A stretch of 63,920 nucleotides of DNA, counting the filler, from Phoronis australis (lineage: Eukaryota; Animalia; Phoronida), in assembly GCA_002633005.1 (NCBI GenBank). It is 6 parts of 6 records of this genome, joined end to end, with 100 filler letters (N's around TTAATTAATTAA, not from the genome) between each part and the next. Parts side by side here need not be neighbours in the genome. Positions count along the whole stretch, not along the records: positions 52,216 to 63,920 come from NMRA01001681.1; 5 more parts are not named here. The stretch is one strand, 5' to 3'. Each line of letters starts with the position of its first letter. Position 1 is the stretch's first letter. The notes under the pieces were generated by a model. That model was not told the DNA's origin, searched no databases, and saw nothing but the letters and a program-made list of their open reading frames with translations. This document shows, one piece after another, positions 53,036 through 63,920 of the stretch. Position numbers and translations under genes: made by a program.

Positions 53036-54333
53036 TAAGTGAGGGGAAGACATGTTCACTGATGACTTACCCTCTCATCGTCACTAGTATAACTAATTAC
53101 AAGATGGAAAAAGTTTTTTTTTGAAAATCTTCACTTTACTGTATTTCTGCAAGATATATTTCGTATTTCACTACAGTTGTTCATAGCCAAAATGGTCTGT
53201 TCTTTAGTTTCACTTTTTATCACGCCATCTTTAATACATATAAATGTGCCATAGTCTGATGAGTAGAGCGAGTCTTCATTCACCTGTCAGTTATCCTTAA
53301 CTCAGAATGTGTTTTTGACACAATGAGTAATCTACTGTCTAGTCATACTTTTTAGATTTCCCATTGGAACTGTTTGTCATTGTTTGTACAAACTTGGTTT
53401 CTATAAACATTTTGCATTTCTCTGATTTCATTAAATTTCTTTCTGCTGGTGAACTTATGAAGGTAGCTCAATACTTCTGTTACCATAGTTGCAGACTATA
53501 ATTCTTCAAAAAAAAATTTGAAATACCAGCTTTCATACCCCAAGTCACATGTTTTGCAAATCCTTGATCTGCCTTTTTCTTAATATGTCATTTATTTATT
53601 TTTAAGGATGTGGCTAAGCTTTCATAGATGTGAAAATTTTCACTATCATGAAACTTATGATGTCTATTGAAATACCTGTGACCCTTTGTTGGAAGCTGGT
53701 ATTGAATATCAGTAAAGTGTATGTTTAGACAAGTGTGTATGTCCAACCCCCTGCTTCTGTCTGTACAGTGCAGGTCACCAATGTGTATGTCCAACTTAAT
53801 ACCTCTCTGGCTCTGTCTACATTGCAGGTCACCAATTGTCCCACTTTACACCTCTCTGGCTCTGTCTACAGCACAGGTCACAAAAGCTGGTCTGCTAATT
53901 GTTAGCAGACTGGATGCAAACTGCACTGCCGGCTAAAACTCCCAAGTTCAATGCAATGCTCCCTTGAATATTTCATTTTGGTAACATCTGTTGATATTCC
54001 GAATGCAGTGTTTTCCCGATTTTCATCAATTTGGCTGTATTATAACGAAAAGATGCTTTATTGTTTGCTCAACAATATCATAAATACATCACCATAGCAT
54101 GAGGTGGTGATTTGTTAATAGCTGTGTATTTCTGACCCAAGTGACGACCACACTGGGATTGAGCAGACTGTTCGATCTTGTCTGGCCAGAGTCGGTTAGG
54201 TCACAGGCCGTTTACTGACTCTTTTCAGAAAGAAGTTGCTGAGCTGTGCTGGAGTTCCAGACCAGGTAGCATATGAGCCACTAACCTCTGTCACTTTCCT
54301 CTGACTGTCTCGTGTCCACTGTTTGTCTCTTAG

Positions 54334-54435
54334 GTAGCTGCTCAAAAAGGTGATGGTTATCGCCATGGTAAGATCAGCTCTCCCCATACCAAACATGAAA
54401 TGTTTGAGGGGATGACGATAGCGCGAGGGGTGCAA
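54334..54435 (+). CDS. P3H1: Prolyl 3-hydroxylase (leprecan family) exon
   Basis: cttag|VAAQKGDGYRHGKISSPHTKHEMFEGMTIARGVQ|gtgagt (GDGY..SPHT..E.F.G motif). Confidence 0.9.
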
Positions 54436-55104
54436 GTGAGTCAGCATGGTGCACGAACAAGTAGGCTATGCATTTATTTGTTATCAGCTTATTAAACTAT
54501 AAACACACAATCGCTTGTTGTTACTGCATCAAGTAGTTTAAGGCTATTTAATTCTTGCCGCTGTGAGACTCTTGATTTCCAGGCTACTGTTGTCACAGCG
54601 CACAATTACACCCAGCATGCTTCATTGCTGCATTGCGCTCATACTAGTGCCAAATTTGTTATGAAAACCTGGTTTGGTTGTGAGCAAGACTTCACGTAAC
54701 CTCTAGGGTACTTATATTTGTTACTCATATTTATTTATCAACTAAAATATGACCTGGTCCTTACCGTTGTTAATTAATGTACCTCTTGAAATACGCAGGT
54801 AGCTGCAATACTGATTGGCTGCATTTGATTTCAAGTAAACTCCCGTAACAAGCACTTATTGTCAGACGTCTGGGTAGGATTCTTTTTTTGATGCCTGAAC
54901 ATGGTCGCTGGTCTATTGTAATCAAAAGCTGTCATATGTAATGCAACACTGCATTGGTTTTCATAACTGGCTTTTGTAGTTTTTATGCTTATTTGATGAC
55001 AGGGATTGCTCCTTTGGATCAAAGTACTAAAGGCTAAAAGAGTGTTCTGAGCCATGATATTGATCAGAAATTAAGCTTCTTGCTTCTTTTTAACCTTCCT
55101 GCTC

Positions 55105-55492
55105 CTTGGTGTACTGTGTGTCTCACGTGTCACAGTCTGAGTTGGTGTACTGTGTGTCTTATGTGTCACAGTGTGTAGTCAGTTGGTGTATTGTGTGTCT
55201 CATGTGTCACAGTCTGAGTTGGTGTACTGTGTGTCTCAAGTGTCATAGTATGTTGTCAGTTGGTGTACTGTGTGTCTTATGTATCACAGTCTGTAGTCAG
55301 TTGGTGTACTGTGTGTCTCAAGTGTCACAGTATGTTATCAGTTGGTGTACTGTGTGTCTCATGTGTCACAGTCTGTAGTCAGTTGGTGTACTGTGTGTCT
55401 CATTTGTCACGGTCTGTAGTCAGTTGGTGTACTGTGTGTCTCATTTGTCACAGTCTGTAGTCAGTTGGTTTACTGTTTGTCTCACGTGTCAC
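55105..55492. repeat. ~41-bp minisatellite (ttggtgtactgtgtgtctcatgtgtcacagtctgtagtcag)n
   Basis: About 10 copies; a shorter array is at 52859-53035. Confidence 0.92.
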
Positions 55493-56204
55493 ATTTAATA
55501 TGGAACTGTATGGAAAACTGTCCAATTTTATTGTAATTGTTTTTTTAAAAACAGTGAATTATGGTCATCAAAAGTTTGAAATTTGGTGAAAATCTACTGA
55601 CATTGAATATTCCCTGGAGACCAGATTAATGTTGTTGTACTTAAATTTATTGCAAAGAGCACAGGTTGTCCATCAGTTCAAGATAATTCTGTGGTCAAAA
55701 TTCCAACTCAGTTTTGGTGGTTAGAATCTAACAAATTCATTGTCTGTGAGTGCCACCTGTGAGTTGCCACCTGTGCTTGCACCTTCACTGCAGGTAACAG
55801 CCGATCTGTTGTGATGTCATTGTCTCTTGTGTTATTCTAGTGCATTGTTCAATGAATTCGTGTGTAATAATGGTGCTCACCTACCAGTTTCTGGAGAACA
55901 CAAAATTCACAGGAAACATGGAAAAGGCTAGTTAAGTCTTTCAAGACATCTTGTACAGTGTTTTAACTTTTGGATACACATCGTGTAACCACTCAGTGTC
56001 ACCTTTCATTTGTACACTGAAGGATGGTTCCAACAAGAATATAGGTTTTACATGCTGTTCTTTGAATGCATCTGTTTTCAATTCAAGTGTTATGTATGTT
56101 CCCATGACTTGGTTTATTGATGCGCTAGGTTGTAGTGATAAAAGAGTGCCAATAAAGATTTTATCAAGAAGATTTAATCTCATTTTGCTCTACGTTTCAC
56201 CTAG

Positions 56205-56349
56205 CTCGTCATGAACTCTGCCATATCGCCTGACATTGTGCAGAAGTATCTGGATGCCACACGAGTGAGCAGAGAGTTCACCCAGAGATACTTTGGCCTG
56301 GACAGTCTCTACTTTGACTTCACCCATCTGGTCTGTCGGACATCTCTTG
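56205..56349 (+). CDS. P3H1: Prolyl 3-hydroxylase exon
   Basis: cctag|LVMNSAISPDIVQKYLDA..YFGLDSLYFDFTHLVCRTSL-G|gtaagt. Confidence 0.92.
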
Positions 56350-56758
56350 GTAAGTTGTTTACCTGCACTGCTTTGTCATATGTCTGATAAGACTTCACTT
56401 GAGCAGTACCTTTAATGTAACACCTTGTGCATCAAAATTTACTTGTAAACTTAATGACAATTACCTTAAGACACTCCGTTTCATGTGATGGCAAGTGCCT
56501 AAGATTTTGGTTTACAGTTGTGATATTCACATTAAACTGTGCCCTGGTAAGTAAACGCTTCACGTTTTCTTTATTGTCAGTAAAATGAGGTCAAAATGGA
56601 GTCAATAAAGGCATTAATTGCCCATTTTTACTTGCCATAGAAATGCTCACAATATAACATTAAAATCACGGTAGTCAGGACTGGTTTTAATGTGACATGT
56701 GTATTGCTATGGTCAGCCCAAGCCGTGTTATTCACACATTCCATATACTTGTTTACAG

Positions 56759-56873
56759 ACAAGGAAACATTGAGGGAGGACCTTAGTCACCCAATACATG
56801 CTGACAATTGTATCATACAGAAGGATGGTAGCTGTAAAAGGGACTACCCTGCCTATGTTGAGAGAGACTTCAG
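56759..56873 (+). CDS. P3H1: Prolyl 3-hydroxylase exon with the HxD iron-binding motif
   Basis: tacag|(D)KETLREDLSHPIHADNCIIQKDGSCKRDYPAYVERDF-AG|gtatga. Confidence 0.93.
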
Positions 56874-57062
56874 GTATGATGTAAGGGACTACCTTGCCTA
56901 TGTTGAGAGAGACTTCAGGTATGACATAAGGGATGACCCTGCCTATGTTGAGAGAGTCTTCAGGTATGACATAAGGGACTACCCTGCCTATGTTGAGAGA
57001 GACTTCAGGTATGACATAAGGGACTACCCTGCCTATGTTGAGAGAGACTTCAGGTATGACAT
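56838..57062 (+). repeat. 45-bp tandem repeat x5 spanning the exon end and splice donor
   Basis: cag|gtatga recurs with the exon ending at 56873, 56918, 56963, 57008 or 57053. Confidence 0.95.
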
Positions 57063-57516
57063 GAGTTCATCCAAATGAGATATCGGATCAGACAACTTGT
57101 CTTGAAAAACTATGTTCTGTAAGTTGATTGGTTCTTACTCTTCAGTACTTGCTCCAGCCTCTCATTGTATAATGGCTTAAACTCAGTAACGTTTGATTGG
57201 TTCTCAATGCTGACAAACCAGGTTGACTTGCTGTACCTCTGGTTGAGCTGGCTTTCAATGAGTGTTAGTCAAGTGTAATCATCGTTTGTCACCAGTCATT
57301 GGCCTGGTACAATGGTGCAACCAACATTATGTCATGATAATGGTGCCACCAACATTATGCAATAATGCCAGACAGATTACAATTACTTTAATTTATATTA
57401 GTTACACTGTATTAAAAGTCAACATCAGATAGATGCTAGTTTCTGATGTTGTTAGTGACAGTAAAGATGTATGCAGTGTTTTGCATACCAAGACACATTG
57501 GACTATCTTGTCTAAG

Positions 57517-58129
57517 ATGAGTGCATGGTTAGGTACACATACAGACACAACAATACTGTACTGTATATGTAACCTTGAATGGGTGCATGGTTAAGCACAC
57601 TTACAGACACAACAATACTGTACTGTATATGTAACCTTGAATGGGTGCATGGTTAGGCACACTTACAGACACAACAATACTGTACTGTATATGTAACCTT
57701 GAATGGGTGCATGGTTAGGCACACTTACAGACACAACAATACTGTACTGTATATGTAACCTTGAATGGGTGCATGGTTAGGCACACTTACAGACACAACA
57801 ATACTGTACTGTATATGTAACCTTGAATGGGTGCATGGTTAGGCACACTTACAGACACAACAATACTGTACTGTATATGTAACCTTGAATGGGTGCATGG
57901 TTAGGCACACTTACAGACACAACAATACTGTACTGTATATGTAACCTTGAATGGGTGCATGGTTAGGCACACTTACAGACACAACAATACTGTACTGTAT
58001 ATGTAACCTTGAATGGGTGCATGGTTAGGCACACACACAACAATACTGTACTGTACATGTAACCTTGAATGAGTTCGTGGTTAGGCACACAGACACAACA
58101 ATACTACACTGTATTATGTAACCTTGAAT
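57517..58129. repeat. 62-bp intronic minisatellite, about 10 copies
   Basis: gaatgggtgcatggttaggcacacttacagacacaacaatactgtactgtatatgtaacctt. Confidence 0.95.
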
Positions 58130-58299
58130 GTGCTTCTTGGAGCTCGTGGACATCAGTGAATTGTTTAACTATGCAGAGCTGTTTGTTTTTGTATCGGCAA
58201 TTTGCAAAATAGACCAATAGGAGGGCTTCTTTTTGGTATGTACGCTGACAGGACATTGTATTGCTTGAAGATAAACTTGCTGCTCTTCTTCACTTGTAG

Positions 58300-58372
58300 T
58301 GCACTGTTATACCTCAATGACAACTTTGAAGGTGGAGACTTCTTCTTCGCTCACAAGAATCTGAGTACCTCG
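58300..58372 (+). CDS. P3H1: Prolyl 3-hydroxylase exon
   Basis: tgtag|(S)ALLYLNDNFEGGDFFFAHKNLSTS|gtaaga (2OG-Fe(II) oxygenase strand). Confidence 0.93.
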
Positions 58373-58980
58373 GTAAGAAAAATGTCGTTTCGATACTGAT
58401 TGATACAATAAGACTCTGGGCACAATTTGCTTAAAAGCTGCAAAGCAGTGGTTTTATGGTGATCACTAAATTTATAAAACATTCCACAAACGTTATGTTA
58501 GCGCCCATGCAATAACTATATCACGTGTCCGTGTGGTAACCCAATGGTTGTTGTATAGTCACACGACTCGTTATTGTATGGGAAGGAAGATAGAGGCAGT
58601 GACGGATGAGGATTTAATTGTTGATATTTGGTATAAATATGCTACATTATGTACATTATTTTTAACATGCGAGCTGTAACCTTGGACAATAACATCAGCC
58701 ACATTAAAACACGCGATGTTGAGTGGTTCCCCTTCATTTGCTAACCAAGCATTGGATGTGATGCTGACTGCTGTCACTTGTGGATTTGAATGTTATTCGA
58801 CGGCAAATGATAAATCATTCTCTACCAGACTGTAGCGCCACCTAGTAGCCAACAAGTCAGGCTGTGAGTGGTTGACTGAATATCTAGTCATAAGATTTTC
58901 AGTCTTTCAACATTGATTGGACGATGACCTATATAAACCAAAACTGATCAATCATCGAAAAAGTGTTTTTCTATGTGCAG

Positions 58981-59109
58981 GCAACAGTTCGTCCCAAGTG
59001 TGGTCGTCTGGTGGCCTTTAATGCAACCAATTACCATGGTGTGAAGGCAGTGTTGGATGGACAGAGGTGTGCAGTAGCCATGTGGTACACTCTAGACAAA
59101 AAGTTTCAG
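58981..59109 (+). CDS. P3H1: Prolyl 3-hydroxylase exon (distal His, 2OG-binding Arg)
   Basis: gcag|ATVRPKCGRLVAFNATNYHGVKAVLDGQRCAVAMWYTLDKKFQ|gtaagt. Confidence 0.95.
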
Positions 59110-59575
59110 GTAAGTCTGTTGGAGGCATCTTACTTGGATAACTTATCAGTCACATAAAGCAATGCCATGGGCAACTTAAGAGCACCAGAAGCAGGACTAT
59201 TATATTGGACACAATAAATCACAAAAATGGTATATAAACCGATGAATGTTATGAAAAATAAAAGCTCGTTTTACAAAACTTAGCAACTATTTCGTGGACC
59301 CAAAGAAATTCAAATGGACCCAAAAAATATTGGTAAGTGGATCCAATGGTCCCCAGTTTTTGGAAGAGTAGGGCTAACAGTGATGGAGAAGAGCTTCTTC
59401 ACCTTAAGGATGTGTGTCAGTTCTACTCTCAAATTTTAAGACTGGTTTCACTTTTTGATTTCACCATCTTACTTTTTGTCTTCAATTCTGTGCTTTCTCT
59501 GAAAATATGTCCATGTGATGTTCTCACCAATTGTTATCAGGAGTTATCCCACATGTTCTCGCCGATTGTTTTCAG

Positions 59576-59830
59576 GAGTTATCCCACATTCAAGCACAGT
59601 CATATCTGGATGCTCTTCAGAAGGAGACAGAAGAAAAGACCTCAGGGGAAGATGGTCAGAGTAAAAGGTCAACTGAGTCAAACACCTTAAACAAATTCTC
59701 TGAAGACAATCAGGTTCAAAGGTCAACTGAGGCCAAGACCGAAAAGAAATCGAGCGGTGAAGACGGTCATGATCAAGCGCCAGTAGAGGACAGTTGGGGG
59801 ACTAGGTCCACTTTAAAGGAAGAGCTATAA
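59576..59830 (+). CDS. P3H1: Prolyl 3-hydroxylase terminal exon ending in KEEL (KDEL-like ER retrieval signal)
   Basis: ttttcag|ELSHIQAQSYLDALQKE...STLKEEL*. Confidence 0.88.
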   Translation, partial: ELSHIQAQSYLDALQKETEEKTSGEDGQSKRSTESNTLNKFSEDNQVQRSTEAKTEKKSSGEDGHDQAPVEDSWGTRSTLKEEL

Positions 59831-61290
59831 TTTTATCAAGTGTTGCAAGCTCTCCATGAAATTCCAAAGTCAGGGATGACAAATGATAACCAATCTCAAA
59901 TGAATCGTTTGCATTGTTAGTTGATACTGATTTTTACATAGACTATCTGTTTAATGATGTGCACTTTGAAAGAGAATGTTGTTGAATACTAAATCTCGCT
60001 TAACTTCCGAACTACTAATATATTTTTTAGTTTGTTTTAAGTGATTTAGTTCATTTTATTGCAAAAATAATGCTCCATTCAGAATTTCTTATTAATGAAA
60101 AATGAGTACGTCTTTGGGCAGATTTTGTTTGATATAATGTTTACCTCCCTATACTGAACTGTTTCATTCAATATATATTTTCTGTTTGTTACTAAAATCT
60201 TCTTTAATTGCACCTTGAAGCCCCTACACGGTGATAACTATGCTCAGTCAATACTTGGTGTGAAAACTATTGGGGTATTATTCAGTCCACGAGGTCAAGT
60301 TTGAAATAGATATCAACTACTCGCACAAGTTTAATGCACATCAGATCAATGGTCAAATTAGATCTGCAGTATCACGAGTCCCAACATCTCGATGACTTGG
60401 ATTATGAGTGACCTTTCCAGTACAACGAGATCAGCATTAAGTGAGTTCATTCGAGAAAAAGCTTGGCATTGCAGAATAAAATGAACGATTCCATTCCGCT
60501 AAAACCTTTGTAATCCGCGAGTGTTCGTGCGACTCCTGTCGATTCTGCAATTTCTATTATACTCTAGCAACTGAAAATAGCAACAAAAGGAAAAGAATGC
60601 GCCACTGAGAAAAATGAACCTATTTACAAGGTCCTGTGACTCATCAGCTGATTGAACAGAACCAAATTTTGCTTAGTAACCTCAAGTTCATTCCCGATTC
60701 TAACAAAAGCAGGTCCGTCCTTCGTCTCGAACTGCTGGCCATCCACAACGGCTTCCTGCCACAAGCTGATGAGTAAAACAGTCTGCGTCAAACTTGAAAT
60801 TATCTGGCCAAACCTCGATGGAAAATAAACTACATGAAGTCAATATTGCTTGTAATGAAACTATGCCAAGAGGGAATGTTTTTTTAAACTATATCTGTCA
60901 GCTATGTCTATCCACATGACACCGTCCCTAGTAGAGGTGTAGCCAGCTGGTAAAACTCGGGCTAGATCATTTTAAACATGCTGAAATGTTCATCTGCCTA
61001 ATTACAGTTATCCATTACACCACATGGGAAGTGAAACTTGCAAGGGCCACTTCAGTAAATATGAAACCTTCCCTTTGAATTATTTGCCATTATTAAAGGA
61101 GCTGATGAGAAAATGCAGAATGGAACATTTAGCTATGACAGAGTACCACAAAACGTAACACTCTTTTGATGGAATAAAACTGATCTAATAGAGTGAATGG
61201 CCACAAAAATGATATGTGGTACAACAGAAAGACAAATCATAGTTTTAATTTTATTTTTATTAGATGCGAAAAGAAGCCAAAGAAAGTAAA

Positions 61291-61596
61291 TTATCTCTTT
61301 CTGCGTAGAGACAACATTTGGCGCCTCTTCCAGTTCTTGCTACGTGAACCACCAATAGTCAGATGGAACGGGTGACCCTTGCCCAGACCGCGAGACTTTT
61401 TACCAGCAGAGGTCAGGCCACGCATCTCACGATGTTTGTGAACAGGCTTAGTGATCCATTGGGTGTCTGGGTTACGGCGGATTGCCTTGTGAAATGGATC
61501 TACCATTATGATCTCATAGTACTTGTAAGTGGAGTCTTGAGCCACCCAGTAGGAGTTGAGCACACGCAGACCACCACACTTGCGTCCCGCTCGCTC
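61291..61596 (-). CDS. RPL15: 60S ribosomal protein L15 (eL15) last exon
   Basis: acag|[60 protein letters not shown]. Confidence 0.98.
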   Translation of the reverse strand, partial: ERAGRKCGGLRVLNSYWVAQDSTYKYYEIIMVDPFHKAIRRNPDTQWITKPVHKHREMRGLTSAGKKSRGLGKGHPFHLTIGGSRSKNWKRRQMLSLRRKR

Positions 61597-62296
61597 CTGT
61601 AACAAACAGAGAAATAAAGTGACGGAAAAGGGTGTTTAACTACAGGGAGGAGATGTAAACTAAAGAAAGAGATGCAAACCAATGGCTGTTATTTTGACAT
61701 GAGCTACTGCACTTCATCTGTCAACCTCAGAACTAGGCCAGAAATGATGATATATTCCAATGACAAAGTTCACACACAAGTTATACAATAATACACCACC
61801 ATCCCAATATATCTCCGTCAATATTGAATAAAACAGCATCACATTTTGGCAAAAAACTTGCAAAAGTTTTGCGTCCGGTTTGATTGATAGAGGAAACTAC
61901 TTGTCACCATGATTGATTTGCTCGAAAGTTTTTGAAATTTTCTTTAGGTGTAGCCTACCAAGCATTACAACTTTTTGTTTCATAACAAAAGTAACGCAGA
62001 GCGTTGAAGTGCGCCCAGGACTGCGATGCAAAATGGGTGTTTTTTGTATCATAAAAATGGCCATTAGACAGTGAAGAATACATCCAACCTGTCTGAAATA
62101 GGGAAAGCGTCATGGTCTCTCTAACACAGAAATTTTGCAAAAAAATTCAGCAATAGTTTAACAATGTATATGTTGAACACCCTTGTGACACAAGTCAGCT
62201 AAACAATACAGTTTAACCACATCACAATCACCCCTCTCACGTCTTTCTACAGTGTTTGTTGTCAGGTAAGCTTGCCGTGAATGTAAGTCAACATAC

Positions 62297-62433
62297 CTCA
62301 GCAACACTCTGATGGGAGCGGGCAAACTTCAGCTGGTTGACACCCATGTTAGTTGGCTTGCCATATGTGGCGCCCTTAGGTACAGGCCTCTTTCGACCTC
62401 CACGGCGCACACGGACACGGTAGATGACAAACC
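62297..62433 (-). CDS. RPL15: 60S ribosomal protein L15 internal exon
   Basis: ttag|(G)[45 protein letters not shown]|gtatgt. Confidence 0.97.
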
Positions 62434-63906
62434 CTAAACACAAACAATGCTTAGAGGTAAAACTTCTGATTTTCCAAACCTAAGGAGTCTTCATCTCCAT
62501 AAAATAGAAGAATAAGATCATACGAGCATTTTGATACCTTGAGCAACAATAACAGATCCAAACAGTGTTAGAGGTGACTCCACTGCATATATGTCCCAGT
62601 CTCTCAACAATACTAGATCAGAACAATGTTAGAGGTGACTTCACTGCATACATGTCCCAGTCTCTCAACAACTTTTTATATTTGCAACATTAAGCGAGCT
62701 GACGAGGTACGACACGTGACGATTTTTGATTTACAATAGACCACAACCTCGTTCTTCATGGCATTGTTGGCGGCTTTTACTCCTTGAAAAGAGAATCTGA
62801 CAGTGTCAGTCTCAAAAGCAACTCCCATATATATTTGACACTACTAATGATGCACTGAAATTGCTAATGGTAGTAATGAAGGAGAGATTTATGCATTATG
62901 AACATAATAAATTTAAACCTTGAGATCATACTGCATGTCTAAGAAATCTCATCTCATCCCCTGGGTAGTTTAAACTTGTCGCACCAGCTCACACATCATC
63001 ATGAGCATAAAAAGTTATTGAATTGAGAGACTGGGTGGTGCTTGCGGCTCCACCAAGCAGCACTAATTTAAAGTGTCAGCTTCAGTTTGAAGACAAGTAA
63101 TGTCACTGAGCGACGCTCGATTTGACGACCTGCAGGTCAGATTGTGTTTGGTGACCTGGGAAAAATTGCCAACAGGTCGCCATTGCCAGCATCAAAGTCA
63201 GACAATATTTCCCTCTACATTTGTTTCAAGGTTCCAAACTTAGAATCACTAATTGTGTTCCCAGAGTTGTTACCTTTGATTCACAACGTTCCATTCATTT
63301 CGTGAATTGAACGCATTAGTCACTACGCTTTAATTAGAACAGTAAGTAAACAGACAGAAGTCGCAATTGTTCGGCAAAAATCATGCAAGATCAGTGAAAT
63401 TTGCACCATAAGACCATGCTGCTGTCTGCATCCCAAGACCATCCGTCAGTCGCCAAGATGAAAAACTGGGATAAGCAGGTCAGAGATTGAATGTACGTAT
63501 GTGTCTGACGTCTCAATGAGAATTTTTGGGTCGACGAAAAGTTAAGCCGACAAGGGAACCCGATTCATCAGCACCAACAGTTTTGATTTTAATTTTGGCG
63601 ACCTCACATTTTTACCAGGTCGCCAAATGCATTTGGCTAAGTGTCGAGTGCTGCTGTGTACTGACAGGTAGTCATGTTCTGTATACGGCATAGGTATGAC
63701 AAGACTAGTCTAGAATAAAGCTTTAAGAAAGGCACAGGTTGGCAATCATCTGTAGACAAACTGCATGTGATTGTGATACCGTCAATAAATTCACTTTCAC
63801 CCTAAACACCAACAATTTACAACACAGCATACAAAGCACGAGTGTCAATAGCCAGAGAATTGTTTTCCTGTTCTAAATAAAACCCAAAATGTTTGGCAGA
63901 CCCTAC

Positions 63907-63920
63907 CTTGCTTGGCCCTG
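63907..63920 (-). CDS. RPL15: 60S ribosomal protein L15 exon end, truncated by the window edge
   Basis: ..RAKQ-G|gtaggg; phase 1 fits the next exon (AKQGFVIYR). Confidence 0.85.

Noticed and set aside
57517-58129. CRISPR-like regular repeat
   Set aside because: Units are nearly identical over their full length, so it is a plain minisatellite
40326-59830. GBA2-LRP1-P3H as a functional gene cluster
   Set aside because: They lie on separate contigs joined by linkers; only the convergent P3H-RPL15 adjacency is directly shown
62760-62880. H/ACA snoRNA in an RPL15 intron (two hairpins and ACA on the minus strand)
   Set aside because: No proper ANANNA H box in the hinge; needs Infernal/snoGPS
63478-63572. 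Box C/D snoRNA in an RPL15 intron (minus strand TGATGA...CTGA)
   Set aside because: Non-canonical C box context, no clear terminal stem, and no rRNA guide recognisable by eye

Overview
This is animal (invertebrate-like, AT-rich, intron-rich) nuclear DNA, not prokaryotic. It is six assembly pieces joined by identical 100-bp artificial linkers (N-run, TTAATTAATTAA, N-run) at 14765, 34094, 36198, 48218 and 52116, so adjacency across linkers is not evidence of linkage. Spliced gene fragments I could read with consistent exon phases: GBA2 (5 exons, +), an LRP1-like receptor (4 exons, +), prolyl 3-hydroxylase/leprecan (6 exons ending in KEEL, +) and RPL15 (3 exons, -). There is also an ankyrin exon and a candidate polyQ gene on the minus strand. 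The rest is microsatellite, minisatellite and transposon relics: an RLE-type LINE, Gypsy, an Academ-like XPG fragment, several MITEs and tRNA-derived heads. Four things are most unusual. (1) An ~870-bp non-coding element, present twice in opposite orientation, carries an internal inverted copy of its own end-to-end junction, a long hairpin and a tRNA-like Pol III unit. (2) A 59-bp array has palindromic-armed repeats and one precisely flipped spacer. (3) The prolyl 3-hydroxylase gene has tandem duplications over a splice donor (x5, in frame), over a splice acceptor (x2, which would remove KEEL) and probably over a whole exon. (4) An RLE LINE sits inside a (TAG)n tract. All family assignments come from reading motifs by eye; no searches were run.
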